This document shows, piece after piece, positions 1 through 12,251 of a DNA stretch of 64,000 nt (its first letter is position 1; the number at the start of each line of letters is the position of its first letter). The notes under the pieces were generated by a model. That model was not told the DNA's origin. It saw only the letters and a program-made list of their open reading frames with translations, and made no database searches. This DNA is from Octopus vulgaris (Eukaryota), in the NCBI GenBank assembly GCA_951406725.2, contig OX597833.1, positions 59,396,001-59,460,000 of the forward strand. The letters are read 5' to 3'. Both the position numbers and the translations under genes were made by a program.

Positions 1-211
1 ATGCCGAGCGAAATGCGTAGCCGTATTTTGTCTGTCGTTACGTTGTGAGTTCAAATTCCGCTGAGGTCGACTTTGCCTTTCATCCTTTCGAGGCCAATAA
101 ATTAAGTATCAGTTACGCACTGGGGTCGATGTAATCGACTTAATACCTATGTCTGTCCTTGTTTGTCCCCTCTGTGTTTAGCCCCTTGTGGGTAATAAAG
201 AAACAGGTATC
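1..211 (+). mobile_element. tRNA-derived SINE, family B (partial at window edge)
   Basis: B-box-like gagttcaaattcc, conserved core cctttcatcctttc...aattaagta; same body as the copies at 6601, 11363, 23765 and 59327. Confidence 0.85.
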
Positions 212-334
212 ATAAAAAAAGCACCCTGTACACTCCGTTGATGTTAGGAAAGAGATCCAACAGTGGAAACCATGCCAAAGCAGACAGTGGAACAGACTTC
301 CACATAAGCAACTGGACAAAATTTCAAACTGAAG

Positions 335-600
335 TCTGTGGGATAGAATGAACCAAACTCGCACCAATCAAGAAATTCTGGAAAGGATACAGGGATCTAA
401 GAAGACCTCAAAGCAGCATTGCAAAGTGAGTATTAGACTGGAAACCTGAAGGAAAGAGGAAAGATGGAGAACTTAAAGAAACCTGGAAAGTATGCATGGG
501 GAATGAAGTAAAAGCTATCAATCTCCCTTGTTCTGAAATGAAGGAGGTAGCCCAAGACCATGTTCACTGGCATGAAACAGTCATGCTCTTTTGGATGCAA
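335..600 (+). mobile_element. Degenerate RTE-clade LINE 3' fragment
   Basis: Translates to IAK*VLDWKPEGKRKDGELKETWK..., resembling the RTE ORF C-terminus (LDWxPxGKRxRGRPKxTW). Confidence 0.65.
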
Positions 601-1185
601 TGCAGACTAATTACATAAGGGATTTAGGATATTGGTTATTTGTTTTGTAAGCTAAACTTTAACCTTTCATCACCTGACACAAAGCCAGCTCCCTAAATAC
701 TATTCCACCCATATCAGTTAAGGGGTCCAGTCTTGTGAGTTACTTGGTGACCTCACTGGTGCTGGTGCCACATGAAAGGTACTCAGTACTCTTTGTTATG
801 TGGTTGACATTAGGAAAGGCATCCAGCTGTAGAAACCATCTAAAGCAGATGGTGGAGCTTGGCACAGTCCTCTCGATCACCAGCTCTTGTTGAACCATTG
901 AATCCATACCAGCATGGGAATCAAGCATCAAATAGTGATGAAGAGATTAGGCAGCACTTTGAGTGACCAAGCAACACTTTCCAGTGAGTGTAATGGTCAC
1001 TTGTTAATTAATTAAGGGGGACCTGGAAAAAGTGGCTTAAACAAAGTTTGATTAATTCTAGAACTGGACAGCCATCTCATGGCTGGGAGTTATTCCCTTT
1101 TTGTAGGTTTCCATGGTAACAACTAAGAAATTTACAAATTTCCTAAGATGTGGTTGTACTACGATATAAGTTGGCCTACACCATG

Positions 1186-1587
1186 TGTGTGTGTGTATCT
1201 ATGAATATGTGTGTTTATGTGTGAATGCATAGTGTGTGTGTGTGGAGAGAGAAAGAGTGAGAAAGAGATGGTCTTAGCAGAGAAACAGGGTTTTTTCATT
1301 AGAACTTATACATCACAGAGGTACTCATGTATGTATGTATGTAAGTATGTATATATGTATCTGTATGCTTGTATGTGTGTGTATGTGTGTATTTGTATGA
1401 ATGTATGTGTGTGTGTATATGTGAGTGTATGTATGTATCTGTATGTATATGCGTATCTGTATTTATGTGTCCATATGTATGTGTGTATTTGTAAGTATGT
1501 ATATATGCATACATACTTCACAGAGTATGTATATATGTATGCATGTATGTATGTACGTATATATGTATATATGTATGTATGTGTATA

Positions 1588-1623
<36 letters not shown>

Positions 1624-2390
1624 TGTATGTATGTATGTATGTATGTATGTATGTATGTATGTATGTACGTATATATGTATGTATGTATATATGTATGTAT
1701 GTATGTATGTACATATATATGTATGTATGTATGTATGTATGGGTGGATGGATGGATGGATGACTACTCATGCATATATGTGTGTATATAAATGCATGACT
1801 ATGTATGAATGTAATGTATATGGTGTATGTACGAATATATGTGTATATTTAATGCATGTGTATGTATGTATGTATATATGGACGCTGGAGGGATGTATTT
1901 GTTGTCTGTGTGTATGTATGTTTGTATGTACATATGGATGGATGGATGGGTGGATGTGCGTATGTACATTTGTATGTATTTATTAATTTATATACATATG
2001 CATATGTTGTTGTTGTGTGTATAGAAGCATACATGCATGTATATATGTGCACATATGTGTGCAAACATAGATGCAATTACATGAATGGATCTGTACATTT
2101 TGACATACATATGTGTACACGCATATATATATATATTTGGATGTCTACACATGTGTATACACTTAATACATGCTAAACAACTGAAGTGTTTTACATATGT
2201 ATATATATGTGTGTATGAATGTATGTGTGTATGTATGCATGTATGTATGCATGTATATATGTATGTATGTATGTGTGTGTGTGTATGCTGGTGTATATGT
2301 ATGTTCATATGTATGTATATGTACATACATACATGTGTCTATGTACACATTTATTTATTTATTTATTTATGCATACATACATGTATGTAG

Positions 2391-2432
<42 letters not shown>

Positions 2433-2446
2433 ATGTGTGCATGCGT
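1186..2446. repeat. Compound microsatellite (TATG)n/(TG)n/(TA)n/(GGAT)n
   Basis: Directly visible; the source of many spurious MYVC/HTYI ORFs. Confidence 0.97.
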
Positions 2447-3450
2447 GAATCCGTTTAATGTGTATTGCTGTGTTCAGAAAAGACCTACAAGTGTGCTTCT
2501 CACATTTCATGATTATAACAAGCCATTTATATTCCAACAGAAATGCCAAAATATGGAAGTGCCAATTTTCACAGACAGCTATTGTTAACTTATTCCAGTA
2601 ATAATAGAGGAGAAAATTAGAGTAAAAACCTGGACTTTCATAGATCAGTCTAGAAGTATTCCCATTATCTCCATTTACCTCTCTTTTACCTGAGAATTTT
2701 CCTTTGAGTTTGTTTTGTATTTCTAATAATTTATTTCTGGTTTATTTCACATATATCTTTCCATAATATTTCATTGTAAAGTTTGATGAGAAAATGTCTA
2801 GAATTAGACAAAATATATTCTTTGGTAATTACGTTATATCAAAGCAATGTATATTTTGTATCGTTAAATTTTATTTTGCTTGTCTCTCGTTTTTGTCTTT
2901 TCGCTTATTGTGAGCAACAGAATTATAACAGTTGACGACAAGTAAGAGCTGTCATCTTTACATCACACTGTCCCACCGTAATTACAATAAACCAACACTT
3001 CTAATGCAACCAGTTACCATCTCTGGCCTGCAGATGTAGCTCTGCCATCAATATCTCTCACCTCCACTGTCCCCGTATTTCAACAAGGAAAAGAACTGAA
3101 ATCAAATCATTAATTTTCAACTTAGAGCATTAGACATTGTGTCATTTCGCATTTTGATCCCCAAAATAAGGGCAGTGGCCCCTAGTTTTTGCTTGATGTT
3201 CTTGATATGATTGATGACTGATGACTGAAGGAAATATATGGAGGATACTGGTTGATGTAGAGGAGGATTGTAGGTAAATATTCTGGCTTTGTGTTGGGTG
3301 AAATGGCAATAGAGGAGAGGGTTGGGTAAATTGTGTTGGTGGAGTGGGGGAATACACTGTTAGTTGAAGAAAATTGGACCACTGGAGTCTTTTGTATTGC
3401 CCCTAGTATTTGACTGGTATTTAAATAATAATGAAATTATTGTATACAGT

Positions 3451-3840
3451 GGCGCAGGAGTGGCTGTGTGGTAAGTAGCTTGCTTACTAACCACATGGTT
3501 CCGGGTTCAGTCCCACTGCATGGCATCTTGGGCAAGTGTCTTCTACTATAGCCTCGGGTCAACCAAAGCCTTGTGAGTGGATTTGGTAGACGGAAACTGA
3601 AAGAAGCCCATCGTATATGTTTGTGTGTGTGTGTTTGTCCCCCTAGCATTGCTTGACAACCGATGCTGGTGTGTTTATGTCCCCGTTACTTAGTGGTTCG
3701 GCAAAAGAGACCGATAGAATAAGTACTGGGCTTACAAAAGAATAAGTCCCGGGGTCGAGTTGCTCGATTAAAGGTGGTGCTCCAGCATGGCCGCAGTCAA
3801 ATGACTGAAACAAGTAAAAAAGTAAAAGAGAGAGAGAAAG
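3451..3840 (+). mobile_element. tRNA-derived SINE, family A (full length)
   Basis: Head ggcgcaggagtggctgtgtggtaag with ggttcagtccc B-box, CORE-like cttgggcaagtgtctt, internal microsatellite, tail gactgaaacaagtaaaa(gag)n; agtg on both sides. It interrupts a sequence that is intact at ~6205-6250. Confidence 0.9.
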
Positions 3841-3971
3841 AGTGCCCAGGTGCACCACAATTTGATTGGCAGAAGGACAGAAATTTGGAGGAAAGTTTGT
3901 AAGTGATGGAACTGGCACAGAATCAGAAACATATAATGGAGATGTAGTAGATTAAATCAATTTATCATTGT

Positions 3972-4275
3972 CATCAACATCATCGTCGTTTAACGTCCCC
4001 TTTCCATGCTGGCATGGGTTGGACGATTTGACTGAGGTCTGGCGAACCAGATGGCTCCATCAGACTCCAATATGATCTGGCAGAGTTTCTACAGCTGGAT
4101 GCCCTTCCTAACGCCAACCACTCCGAGAGCATAGTGGGTGTTTTTTACGTGCCACCGGTGCGAGGGCCAGTCAGGCGATATTGGCAATGGCCATGCTCAA
4201 ATGGTGCTTTTTATGTGCCACCTGCCCAGGAGCCAGTCCAGCAGCACTGGCAACGACCTCGCTCGAATGTTTTTT
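3972..4275 (-). mobile_element. Non-autonomous retroelement with (GAT)n tail (family D)
   Basis: Shares ccatgctggcatgggttggac and ctggatgcccttcctaacgccaaccac with the copy at 37020-37335 and many older fragments. Confidence 0.8.
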
Positions 4276-4775
4276 CAATTATAATAGATAATAAAATCAC
4301 TAAGGTTGGGCACTCAGAGACATCATCTGCAATTTTAAAAAATCAAGTTAGTATTAAAATTTGATATAATGACCAGTATAATTTATTTTAAAATATTCAT
4401 ACCATGAGAAAAAGGCATTAGGTCAATGACTAATTATTATTTTCATAATTTCAGCAAGAATGGGAAATAACTCTACACATGTTTCAATATAATTAGACCT
4501 CTTCAGGAAAACATAAACTCTATCATATTTTCCAAAGTGATATGGGAATCTCTAAGTTACTGCTTAAAATAACAATTAACCTTGTTGTCTTTTCTCTACC
4601 AGATAATCATTTTTGATTAAATTTGTTAATTTAGCTATAATACGCACCACAGTACAGTGATACATGTCTCCTAGCAACCAGAGTGTTTGAAAGGTAAACT
4701 GATTCCGTGAAGAATGAGAATGTCTCCTGTTTTAGTTTAGTAAAGGACTGGTGCAACATGAAGTATTCTGCTCAA

Positions 4776-4848
4776 GAATGTATGTATGTTTGTATGTATG
4801 TATGTATGTATGTATTTATGTATGTATGTATGTATGTACGTATGCATG

Positions 4849-4882
<34 letters not shown>

Positions 4883-5150
4883 TGTATGTATGTATGCATG
4901 TATTGTATGTGTGTGTGTATGTGTATGTGTGTGTGTATGTTTGTGTGTCTGTATTTGACCCCCAACGTCGCTTGACAACCAATGCCGATATGTTTACATC
5001 CCCCGTAACTTAGCAGTTCAGCAAAAGAGACCGATAGAATAAGTACTAGGCTTATAAAGAATAAGTCCTGGGATTGGTTTGCTCGACGTAAGGCGGTGCT
5101 CCAGCATGGCCGCAGTCAAATGACTGAAACAAGTAAAAGAATAAAAGAAC
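4776..5150 (+). mobile_element. (TATG)n microsatellite followed by the 3' half of a family A SINE
   Basis: cttgacaacc...ccagcatggccgcagtcaaatgactgaaacaagtaaaaga matches family A. Confidence 0.85.
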
Positions 5151-5183
<33 letters not shown>

Positions 5184-5411
5184 AACATATATATATATGA
5201 ACGTAGACAAACAATACCTCAAACTGAGAGAAGAGTCAATAAATCATTGATGTTTGATATCTTTTAGAAGTCTAAAATATAGATGAAAATCTGCTCAATA
5301 TTGGTATTGGCAAGTCAGCGATGATGAAAGTCTTTAGAAAGCTCTATGAAGATGGAAATCAATAGTGTGAATCGTTTCCTCATAAGTAGTTACAGGGGGA
5401 ATGTTTACAGC

Positions 5412-6113
5412 TTAACTCTTTAGCATTCTGATTGCTCTGTCAAATATAATGCTTATTTATTCACATTGGTTTGAATTAATCATACGTTATCTTGTAGCTT
5501 CGAGATTTTGATGGTGTGATTATTATTTTTAGAATGACACTGTAGGATAGGTGTAATAGGTTAGATCTGGCCAATTTTACCATTAAAAAAGTAGAATAAA
5601 TGGGCTGAATGTAACCAGTTTAACACTTTCATTACCAACCCGGCTGAAACCGGCTCTGGCTCTAAGTACAAATGTCTTGTTTTCATAAGTTTTGAATTAA
5701 AATCTTCCACCAATCTTAGTCACAATTTAAGTTCCTAGAACTAGCTGAATGATAACTCAGTTATTTTACTAAATTCTTTGTTATATTTAAAATTCTTTGA
5801 AAGAAACATACAGCATCTCAAAATAAATACGGTAACAAATGACTTAAAATATATAATAGAGAAACAATTCTTAACCCTTTCGTTACCAACCCGCCTGAAA
5901 CCGCCTCTGGCTCAGTAGTACAAATGTCTTGTTTTCATAAGTTTTGAATTAAAATCTTCCACCAAACCTTAGTCACAATTTATGTACTTAACACTAGCAT
6001 AATGATAACTAAGTTATTTTACTAAATTCTTTGTTATATTTAAAGTAATTGAAAAGAAATACAGAGCATCTCAAAATAAATACAGTAACGAAAGGGTTAA
6101 ATGCTAAAGAGTA
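5412..6113. mobile_element. Nested TTAA-flanked (piggyBac-like) MITEs: outer element containing two tandem inner MITEs (~5620-5847, 5871-6100)
   Basis: Outer ends ttaactctttagcatt ... aatgctaaagagtaa. One inner copy has ends ttaaccctttcgttac ... gtaacgaaagggttaa. The outer family recurs uninterrupted at 14897 and 54176. Confidence 0.8.
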
Positions 6114-6204
6114 AAAGGATGATTTGTGTTTGTTTCTTTTCCATGAGTAGCAGTAAAGATGATAAGAGGCTAACAGGTGTAAAATAAAGTAAATGGCCTT
6201 ACTA

Positions 6205-6545
6205 TAATAATAATAATGAAATTATTGTATACAGTGCTCAGGTGTACCACGACTTGTCAGAAAGTGCATATAAAGCATATGCAGTAATGTACAAATGTCT
6301 GGGAAGTGAACAGTGTATGAGTCAGATACATGCTTGCGTGTGTATGGAGGGGAGAAAATCAGGTGTAGTGTTGGCGAATCTCAGAAAGCATGGAAGTTTT
6401 GAAGGATGCAGTGCTCCGACAACTTACAACTGATGCTGGCAGTTTGTTCCATGCTTCAGCAACTCTTGGTGTGAAAAAATGTTTTCGAAAGTCATGGGAG
6501 CTGTGCTGTTTTCTGACTTTGTAAACATGTCTACAGGTAAACATG
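6205..6545 (-). mobile_element. CR1/L2-type LINE 3' fragment
   Basis: HVYKVRKQHSSHDFRKHFFTPRVAEAWNKLPASVVSCRSTASFK matches the CR1 ORF2 C-terminal RxxFFxxRVxxxWNxLP motif; (TTA)n tail. Confidence 0.8.
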
Positions 6546-6600
6546 AAAACGAAACATCTCCATTGCTGCTAATCTCCAACAAGGATGTTTCTTTGCAAAG

Positions 6601-7020
6601 AGGCGGCGAGTTGGCAGAATCTTTAGCATGCCAGGCGAAATGCTTAATGGTATTTCATCTGCCGCTACATTCTGAGTTCAAATTCTGCCAAGGTCAACTT
6701 TACCTTTCATCCTTTCAGGGTCAATTAAATAAGTACCAGTTACGCACTGGGGTCGATATATTCGACTTAATCCATTTGTCTGTCCTTGTTTGTCCCCTCT
6801 GTGTTTAGCCCCTTGTGGGAAGTAAAGAAATAGGTATTTCGTCTGCCGCTACTTAATGAGTTCAAATTCCACCATGGTCGACTTTACCTTTCATCCTTTC
6901 GGGGTCGATTAAATAAGTACCAGCTACGCACTGGGGTCGATAAAATCGACTTAATCCGTTTGTCCGTCTTTGCTTGTCTTCTCTGTGTGAAGCCCCTTGT
7001 GGGCAGTAGAGAAATAAGAA
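6601..7020 (+). mobile_element. SINE family B, dimer (one head plus two bodies)
   Basis: Head ggcggcgagttggcagaa; the body repeats after gaaataggtatttcgtctg. Confidence 0.85.
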
Positions 7021-7658
7021 GAGAAGAAAAATTGTTGAAAGGAACGAGGCCAGACATAGCAACATGTAATGCTGCCGAAATAGTTGCAGTACCAACATTT
7101 ATGTATGCCATGGAATTGTATATGCCACAGATGTGAAGCTTTTCTAGATTAATTATAAACTTTAGCCATTGGGCAATTTATGGAGTGCTGGTATTTCTAA
7201 TAATTGTTATTAGAAATTTGAGCTTGAAGAGCTATGATATTTACAAGGAAAGAAATTGCTTCTGCAGGCACCGTATTTACCACAGAAGATAGAGAACATG
7301 ATACATAGGACACAATCGGCTAATTGTATCAATTGATCATCATTACTGCATTTGTTTGTGGATGCTAAAGTAACTTGGTAGTTAGAGGGCAGATGAGTTA
7401 AAAACTGATTAACTCTTTAATATTCAGATGACTCTGTCAAAAGTAATGCTAATTTATTTACATTGCCTTTGGAGATATACTGTGCTTGAGAAGACCTGAC
7501 AAGCCAAGTGAGACCATAGCCGTGGCCTATGCCAGTGGGTGTAACCAGCCCATTTATGAATACCCTTCATTCATTGGGCAATAAACTTCGCTTGTGAAGA
7601 CCTATTGAGGCTAGTGAAATAAAAATCAAAATCGCTGATGACCCTAGAATCGATCTAT

Positions 7659-7998
7659 TGCATTTCAATCTGTTTTAGGGTTAGGGTTAGGGTTAAGGGT
7701 GAGGGGAAGGGTATCTTTTTTTCTTCACAAATGTAAACAAGCCTAATCTGTTTCTTAAACGAGGGACATATTCATACGGTACAGAATGTTTTCACCTCAA
7801 TAGACGTCATTGATTGGTTGAAATTACAGAAATTGAAGAAGAAAAAAACAACAAATATCTTACAAACTATAGAATTTTCTCAATAAAGCCAAGAGAAAAA
7901 GATGTTTTATAAACACATTCTACCAGTATACGAAGTTTAAAAGTGTTTAGTTACGTGGAAATTATTTTTAAAAACTGCCGTTCAAACCGAAAAGATCC
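7659..7998. mobile_element. Partial MITE-like repeat with a short internal (TTAGGG)n run
   Basis: Ends in aaaactgccgttcaaaccgaaaagatcc; cgatctat occurs on both sides (7651-7658, 7998-8005); shares sequence with the mini-MITE at 8246. Confidence 0.55.
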
Positions 7999-8245
7999 GA
8001 TCTATGTACATTGGTTCTTTAAATATGCAGTGGGATCAGTAAAATTAATCATAATTTGATAAAATAACTAGGGTTTTGCTTTGGAGACCATTACAAAGTT
8101 ACAGGCACCACAGAAGCTGAACCTGGTTCACTATAAGTAGCTGACATTGTTATTTAGCCCAAAGTCAGCACTGATGAAATAGATTGATGATTAAAGGCGC
8201 TCCAACCATAACCCTTGCGTTATTTTTAGTATATAGGACTATATG

Positions 8246-8342
8246 GGATCTTTTCCTTTTGTATACGAAGTTTATAAAGTTTATAAAGTGTTTAGTTAAC
8301 TAGAAATTGTGTTGACATATGCCCTTCAAAAGGAAAAGATCC
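8246..8342. mobile_element. 97-bp mini-MITE
   Basis: 16-bp TIRs ggatcttttccttttg / caaaaggaaaagatcc; degenerate 8-bp flanks actatatg / acaatgtg. Confidence 0.7.
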
Positions 8343-8549
8343 ACAATGTGTTTATTTTTTCTCGGGATAACAGTTTATGATTACGGGAGATGTAGCTACT
8401 ATTTCTAGCAGAAAAAGCGACCATATGGAAGCTATCTCGTTGACTAGTCTTGTTATTTCGCGACAAGGAAATCTTGATTGAACAAACTAATGATCAAAAA
8501 CATTCTATTTGTGACCATTTTCCAGTCAACATGCAGTTTACTGTCGTAA

Positions 8550-8936
8550 GTGGAGGCGCAATGGCCCAGTGGTTAGGGCAGCGGACTCGCGGTCGTAGGA
8601 TCGCGGTTTCGATTCCCAGACCGGGTGTTGTGAGTGTTGTGAGCGAAAACACCTAAAAGCTTCACGAGGCTCCGGCAGGGGATGGTGGTGATCCCTGTTG
8701 TACTCTTTCACCACAACTTTCTCTCACTCTTACTTCCTGTTTCTGTTGTACCTGTATTTCAAGGGGCCGGCCTTCTCACTCTCTGTGTCACGCTGAATAT
8801 CCCCGAGAACTACGTTAAGGGTACACGTGTCTGTGGAGTGCTCAGCCACTTACACGTTAATTTCACGAGCAGGCTGTTCCGTTGATTCGGATCAACCGGA
8901 ACCCTCGTCGTCGTAACCGACGGAGTGCTTCCATCC
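8550..8936 (+). mobile_element. Young tRNA-derived SINE, family C
   Basis: A-box tggcccagtgg and B-box ggtttcgattccc; perfect 10-bp TSD actgtcgtaa (8540-8549, 8937-8946). Older relatives lie at ~25550, 58411 and 60818. Confidence 0.9.
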
Positions 8937-9320
8937 ACTGTCGTAAACAAGAGAAGGGGAATTGTTCTAAAAAAATATATAACGGGAGCAACGACGGACA
9001 ATTCACGTTCGCTACTAGTCCCACATTGTTCGCTAAGTTTCTTCTTCGGGACATCCATCTAATATGTGTAGATATTGTCATCGTTTGGGTCAACAAAACT
9101 GAGGAAATGGTCCCACAACAGCATGAGTACAGAAGTTTTCATGACCCACATACGAAGCCCACCGATCGGATATCAAACGTGTTCCTGGAAATATTCGATG
9201 ATTTATAACGGAACCAAAGTGTTTCGTGCATGCGATCGGGGACTGAGTTCTTTATACCCTTTTATCAAATGTTGATATATCACTGACATCACTTCCTGAG
9301 GGGTTTTTTTTTTAGGACAA

Positions 9321-10102
9321 CAAGCAGTATCGCCCGGCGTTGCTCGGGTTTGTTTCGACCCTTTAGAATAGGAATTTTTGAAAAGTAAAAATTTTGGGCA
9401 ATCTTTCGTCTCTAGTAGACCTTTCCGTCCATTTCCGTAAAAAAAATTTTTTTTTTACATATGGGCTTGCGGGAACTTTTGAAGTAATGAGAGCGAAAGA
9501 GACTAAGAGAAAGTGATTGTATGACGAGGGAAGTTCTTTTGAAGTTACCGTGCATGGGAGCATTGATGTACATGTGTGTGTGTGTGTGTTTGATGGGGTG
9601 TGGGAGACAGAAAGTATGTTGTGTAAGTGAAGTGCTTCTGTTAGTGTGTGTGAAGAGACAGAGAGAGTAATGTGTCTCTTTCGCTCTCATTACTTCAAAA
9701 GTTCCCGCAAGCCCATATGTAAAAAAAAAATTTTTTTACGGAAATCGACGGAAAGGTCTACTAGAGACGAAAGATCGCCAAATTTTGTATTATGTAGCTT
9801 GTTATTCTCTTTAAGTAAACATTTTTCTGGTTGAAATACACCGAGAAATGGCGACACAGTAGTAAAACAATCGTAAAAAATATGGATTTTCATAGAAAAA
9901 AAAGCCCCATTTTGATGTAAATAATTTTTGATGTTAACATGGTCTGATTTGAATTTTTTCTTCTACGGAAGGAAGAGCAAGCCTTCTTCTATCATACTCT
10001 CAATTTTGGTCAACTTGCATTGCAGGGTCTCGGAGGAGATAGTGTTAGTTGAAGGCTACCAAACCTGACATACACAGACAACTTCAGCTTTATATATAGA
10101 GA
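9321..10102 (-). mobile_element. Non-autonomous Helitron
   Basis: On the minus strand: A|TC-tctatatataaag 5' end, 3' hairpin cccgagcaacgccggg, then CTTG|T. Termini are shared with the element at 12252. Confidence 0.8.
9397..9779. mobile_element. MITE with ~107-bp TIRs and 8-bp TSD (Mutator/hAT-like), nested in the Helitron
   Basis: Near-perfect inverted repeats ~9397-9503 and ~9673-9779; TSD aaattttg at 9389-9396 and 9780-9787. Confidence 0.88.
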
Positions 10103-10290
10103 TTTACTATCATTTATACGCCAGTAAACTGCATGTTAACCGTTTTTCCTATATGCAAGGAACACGAGGCCACATTATTTAATGTGTCCCTTTCAAAGAC
10201 GTTGAGGAGAGATCTGAAGTAGATTTGGCTGCTATTTCTTGCATAGCGTGCATCTTTGAGTACGTGCATGAGTATATGTGCGTATGTAAA

Positions 10291-10403
10291 GTGTGTGTGT
10301 GTGTGTGTGCAAGCGCGTGCGTGCGAGCGCGTGCGTGCGTGCGAGCGCGTGCGTGCGTGCGAGCGCGTGCGTGCGTGCGTGCGTGCGTGCGCGTGCGTGC
10401 ACG
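10291..10403. repeat. (GT)n plus CpG-rich (GCGT)n/(GCGTGCGAGC)n repeat
   Basis: Directly visible; mostly alternating purine-pyrimidine. Confidence 0.9.
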
Positions 10404-11362
10404 TACGACTATTATGCAACAGAACCTTGCGTTGGGGTTCTCTCCAAATCACAAAGCGCAGGGGGTAAACTCCACTCCACGCATGCGCTCCAGTGGAACT
10501 TAGTGTCGTCTGCTTCACAGTTAAGTAAAAATGCCGGAGCGTAATTCATATGTCCAGAAGATTTACTGTTATTCAGCAATTAAATGGCAACAAAGAATAA
10601 TAGAAAAATGGGAGAATAGAATTGTTGAAGTGGTAAACGCGAAATATAATGATTTCTGAAATACTGAATGTCGTTGTATGTAAGTAAATTTTCCATATTA
10701 AATGTCGAAGACGATCTCAGAAGGAAGGTTTAGAAAATGGACGTTTCATGAAGAACTTTTTTTCCAGATATCAATAAGATTGGGAATGGCCATTTAATGA
10801 ATATTAAAACATACTGGAATGAAAACAACCATAAATTATTGATGAAGATTCAACGATATTTCTTGGAAACTCGACCCAGAAAAATGTCGGTTATCTTATT
10901 CGGATTAAAATGCACAAGTGTGTGTCGTCTTCTCCTCTCCCTTGGTTGACTTCATTTCCTCATAACTTTCAGAAAGATTAGTTTTCCAATAAAATTTTCC
11001 ACATATACTTTTCAGATGGTGTAGATTCCGATCATATCGGAATTTAATGAGAAAAAAAAAATGATATTCGCGCCTACATACTGACAGACATCACATAATT
11101 TTCCCAAAATTTCAAGATTCGCTTTGTCTATCAGTAAGTATGTGTGGGCCCACATCGTTCCCCTAACCCCATTAAATTCCGATATACCATATTTTTACGT
11201 GTATAAGGAATCCCTGGGGGGCTTAAAATTTGGATAAAAAGGTATGTTATTATACCCTTCTCTCTTGTAAGGGATTATAATATTATCCATGGATGGGAAA
11301 CTTCCATATATTTTTAACCTAAATTTTGACAAAAAAGGGTTCCTTATACCCGTTAAAATACG

Positions 11363-11949
11363 TATTTCTTTATTACCCTCAAGGGGCTAAACATAGAGGG
11401 GACAAACAAGGACAGACATAGGTATTAAGTCGATTACATCGACCTCAGTGCGTAAGTGGTACTTAATTTATCGACCCCGAAAGGATGAAAGGCAAAGTCG
11501 ACCTCGGCGGAATTTGAACTCACAACGTTGTGACAGACGAAATACCTTTTTCTTTATTACCCACAAGGGGCTAAACACAGAGGGGACAAACAAGGACAGA
11601 CATAGGTATTAAGTCGATTGCATCGACCCCAGTTCGTAACTGGTACTTAATTTATCGACCCCGAAAGGATGAAAAGCAAAGTCGACCTCGGCGGAATTTG
11701 AACTCACAACGTTGTGACAGACGAAATACCTATTTCTTTATTACCCTCAAGGGGCTAAACACAGAGGGGACAAACAAGGACAGACATAGGTATTAAGTCG
11801 ATTGCATCGACCCCAGTTCGTAACTGGTACTTAATTTATCGACCCCGAAAGGATGAAAGGCAAAGTCGACCTCGGCGGAATTTGAACTCACAACGTTGTG
11901 ACACGAAATACCGCTAAGCATTTCGCCCGGCGCGCTAGCGATTCTGCCA
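11363..11949 (-). mobile_element. SINE family B, trimer (three ~184-bp bodies, one head)
   Basis: Near-identical units at ~11363-11547, 11548-11730 and 11731-11911, then the head. Confidence 0.9.
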
Positions 11950-12251
11950 CGGTAATCGTAATCTACACCATCTGAAGGGTATTTGTAGAAAATATTTTTT
12001 CTGAAAGCTATGAGGAAACAAAATTGACAAGGGCACATTTGTGTAGATATGCTTATAACTCCATCTTTTCTTACTCCAGGAATTTACTCAAAGAACAACC
12101 ATAAATAATAACTATATTCAGAATTTCTATTTTATTAACCCTCACTCAGTTCAAACCGTTCGTTTTTTTTTTTGTTTTTTTTTTGCATACCTACAGAAGT
12201 CGACTTTGTTTCCTCATAACTTCCAGAAAGATGGATATTTTTTTAATGAAA

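Noticed and set aside
1211-2588. Many 60-180 aa ORFs (MYVC/HTYI/IIII/SLSL types), also at 4707-5013, 18789-21173, 54790-56598 and 60665-63980
   Set aside because: They are translations of microsatellites that lack stop codons; there is no coding signal.
7300-7372. IVSIDHH peptide resembling the domain II S1-S2 loop
   Set aside because: Bounded by stops, with no S1 helix or suitable splice sites; the true S1 exon must lie upstream of the window.
7675-7700. Telomeric TTAGGG repeats
   Set aside because: Only about 3-4 units inside a dispersed repeat; not a telomere or fusion site.
8551-8622. tRNA-like sequence
   Set aside because: It is the Pol III head of a SINE with body and TSD; the cloverleaf is incomplete. 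The same applies to family A and B heads.
11363-11911. CRISPR-like or satellite array
   Set aside because: Contiguous SINE bodies with no unique spacers, in a eukaryotic context.
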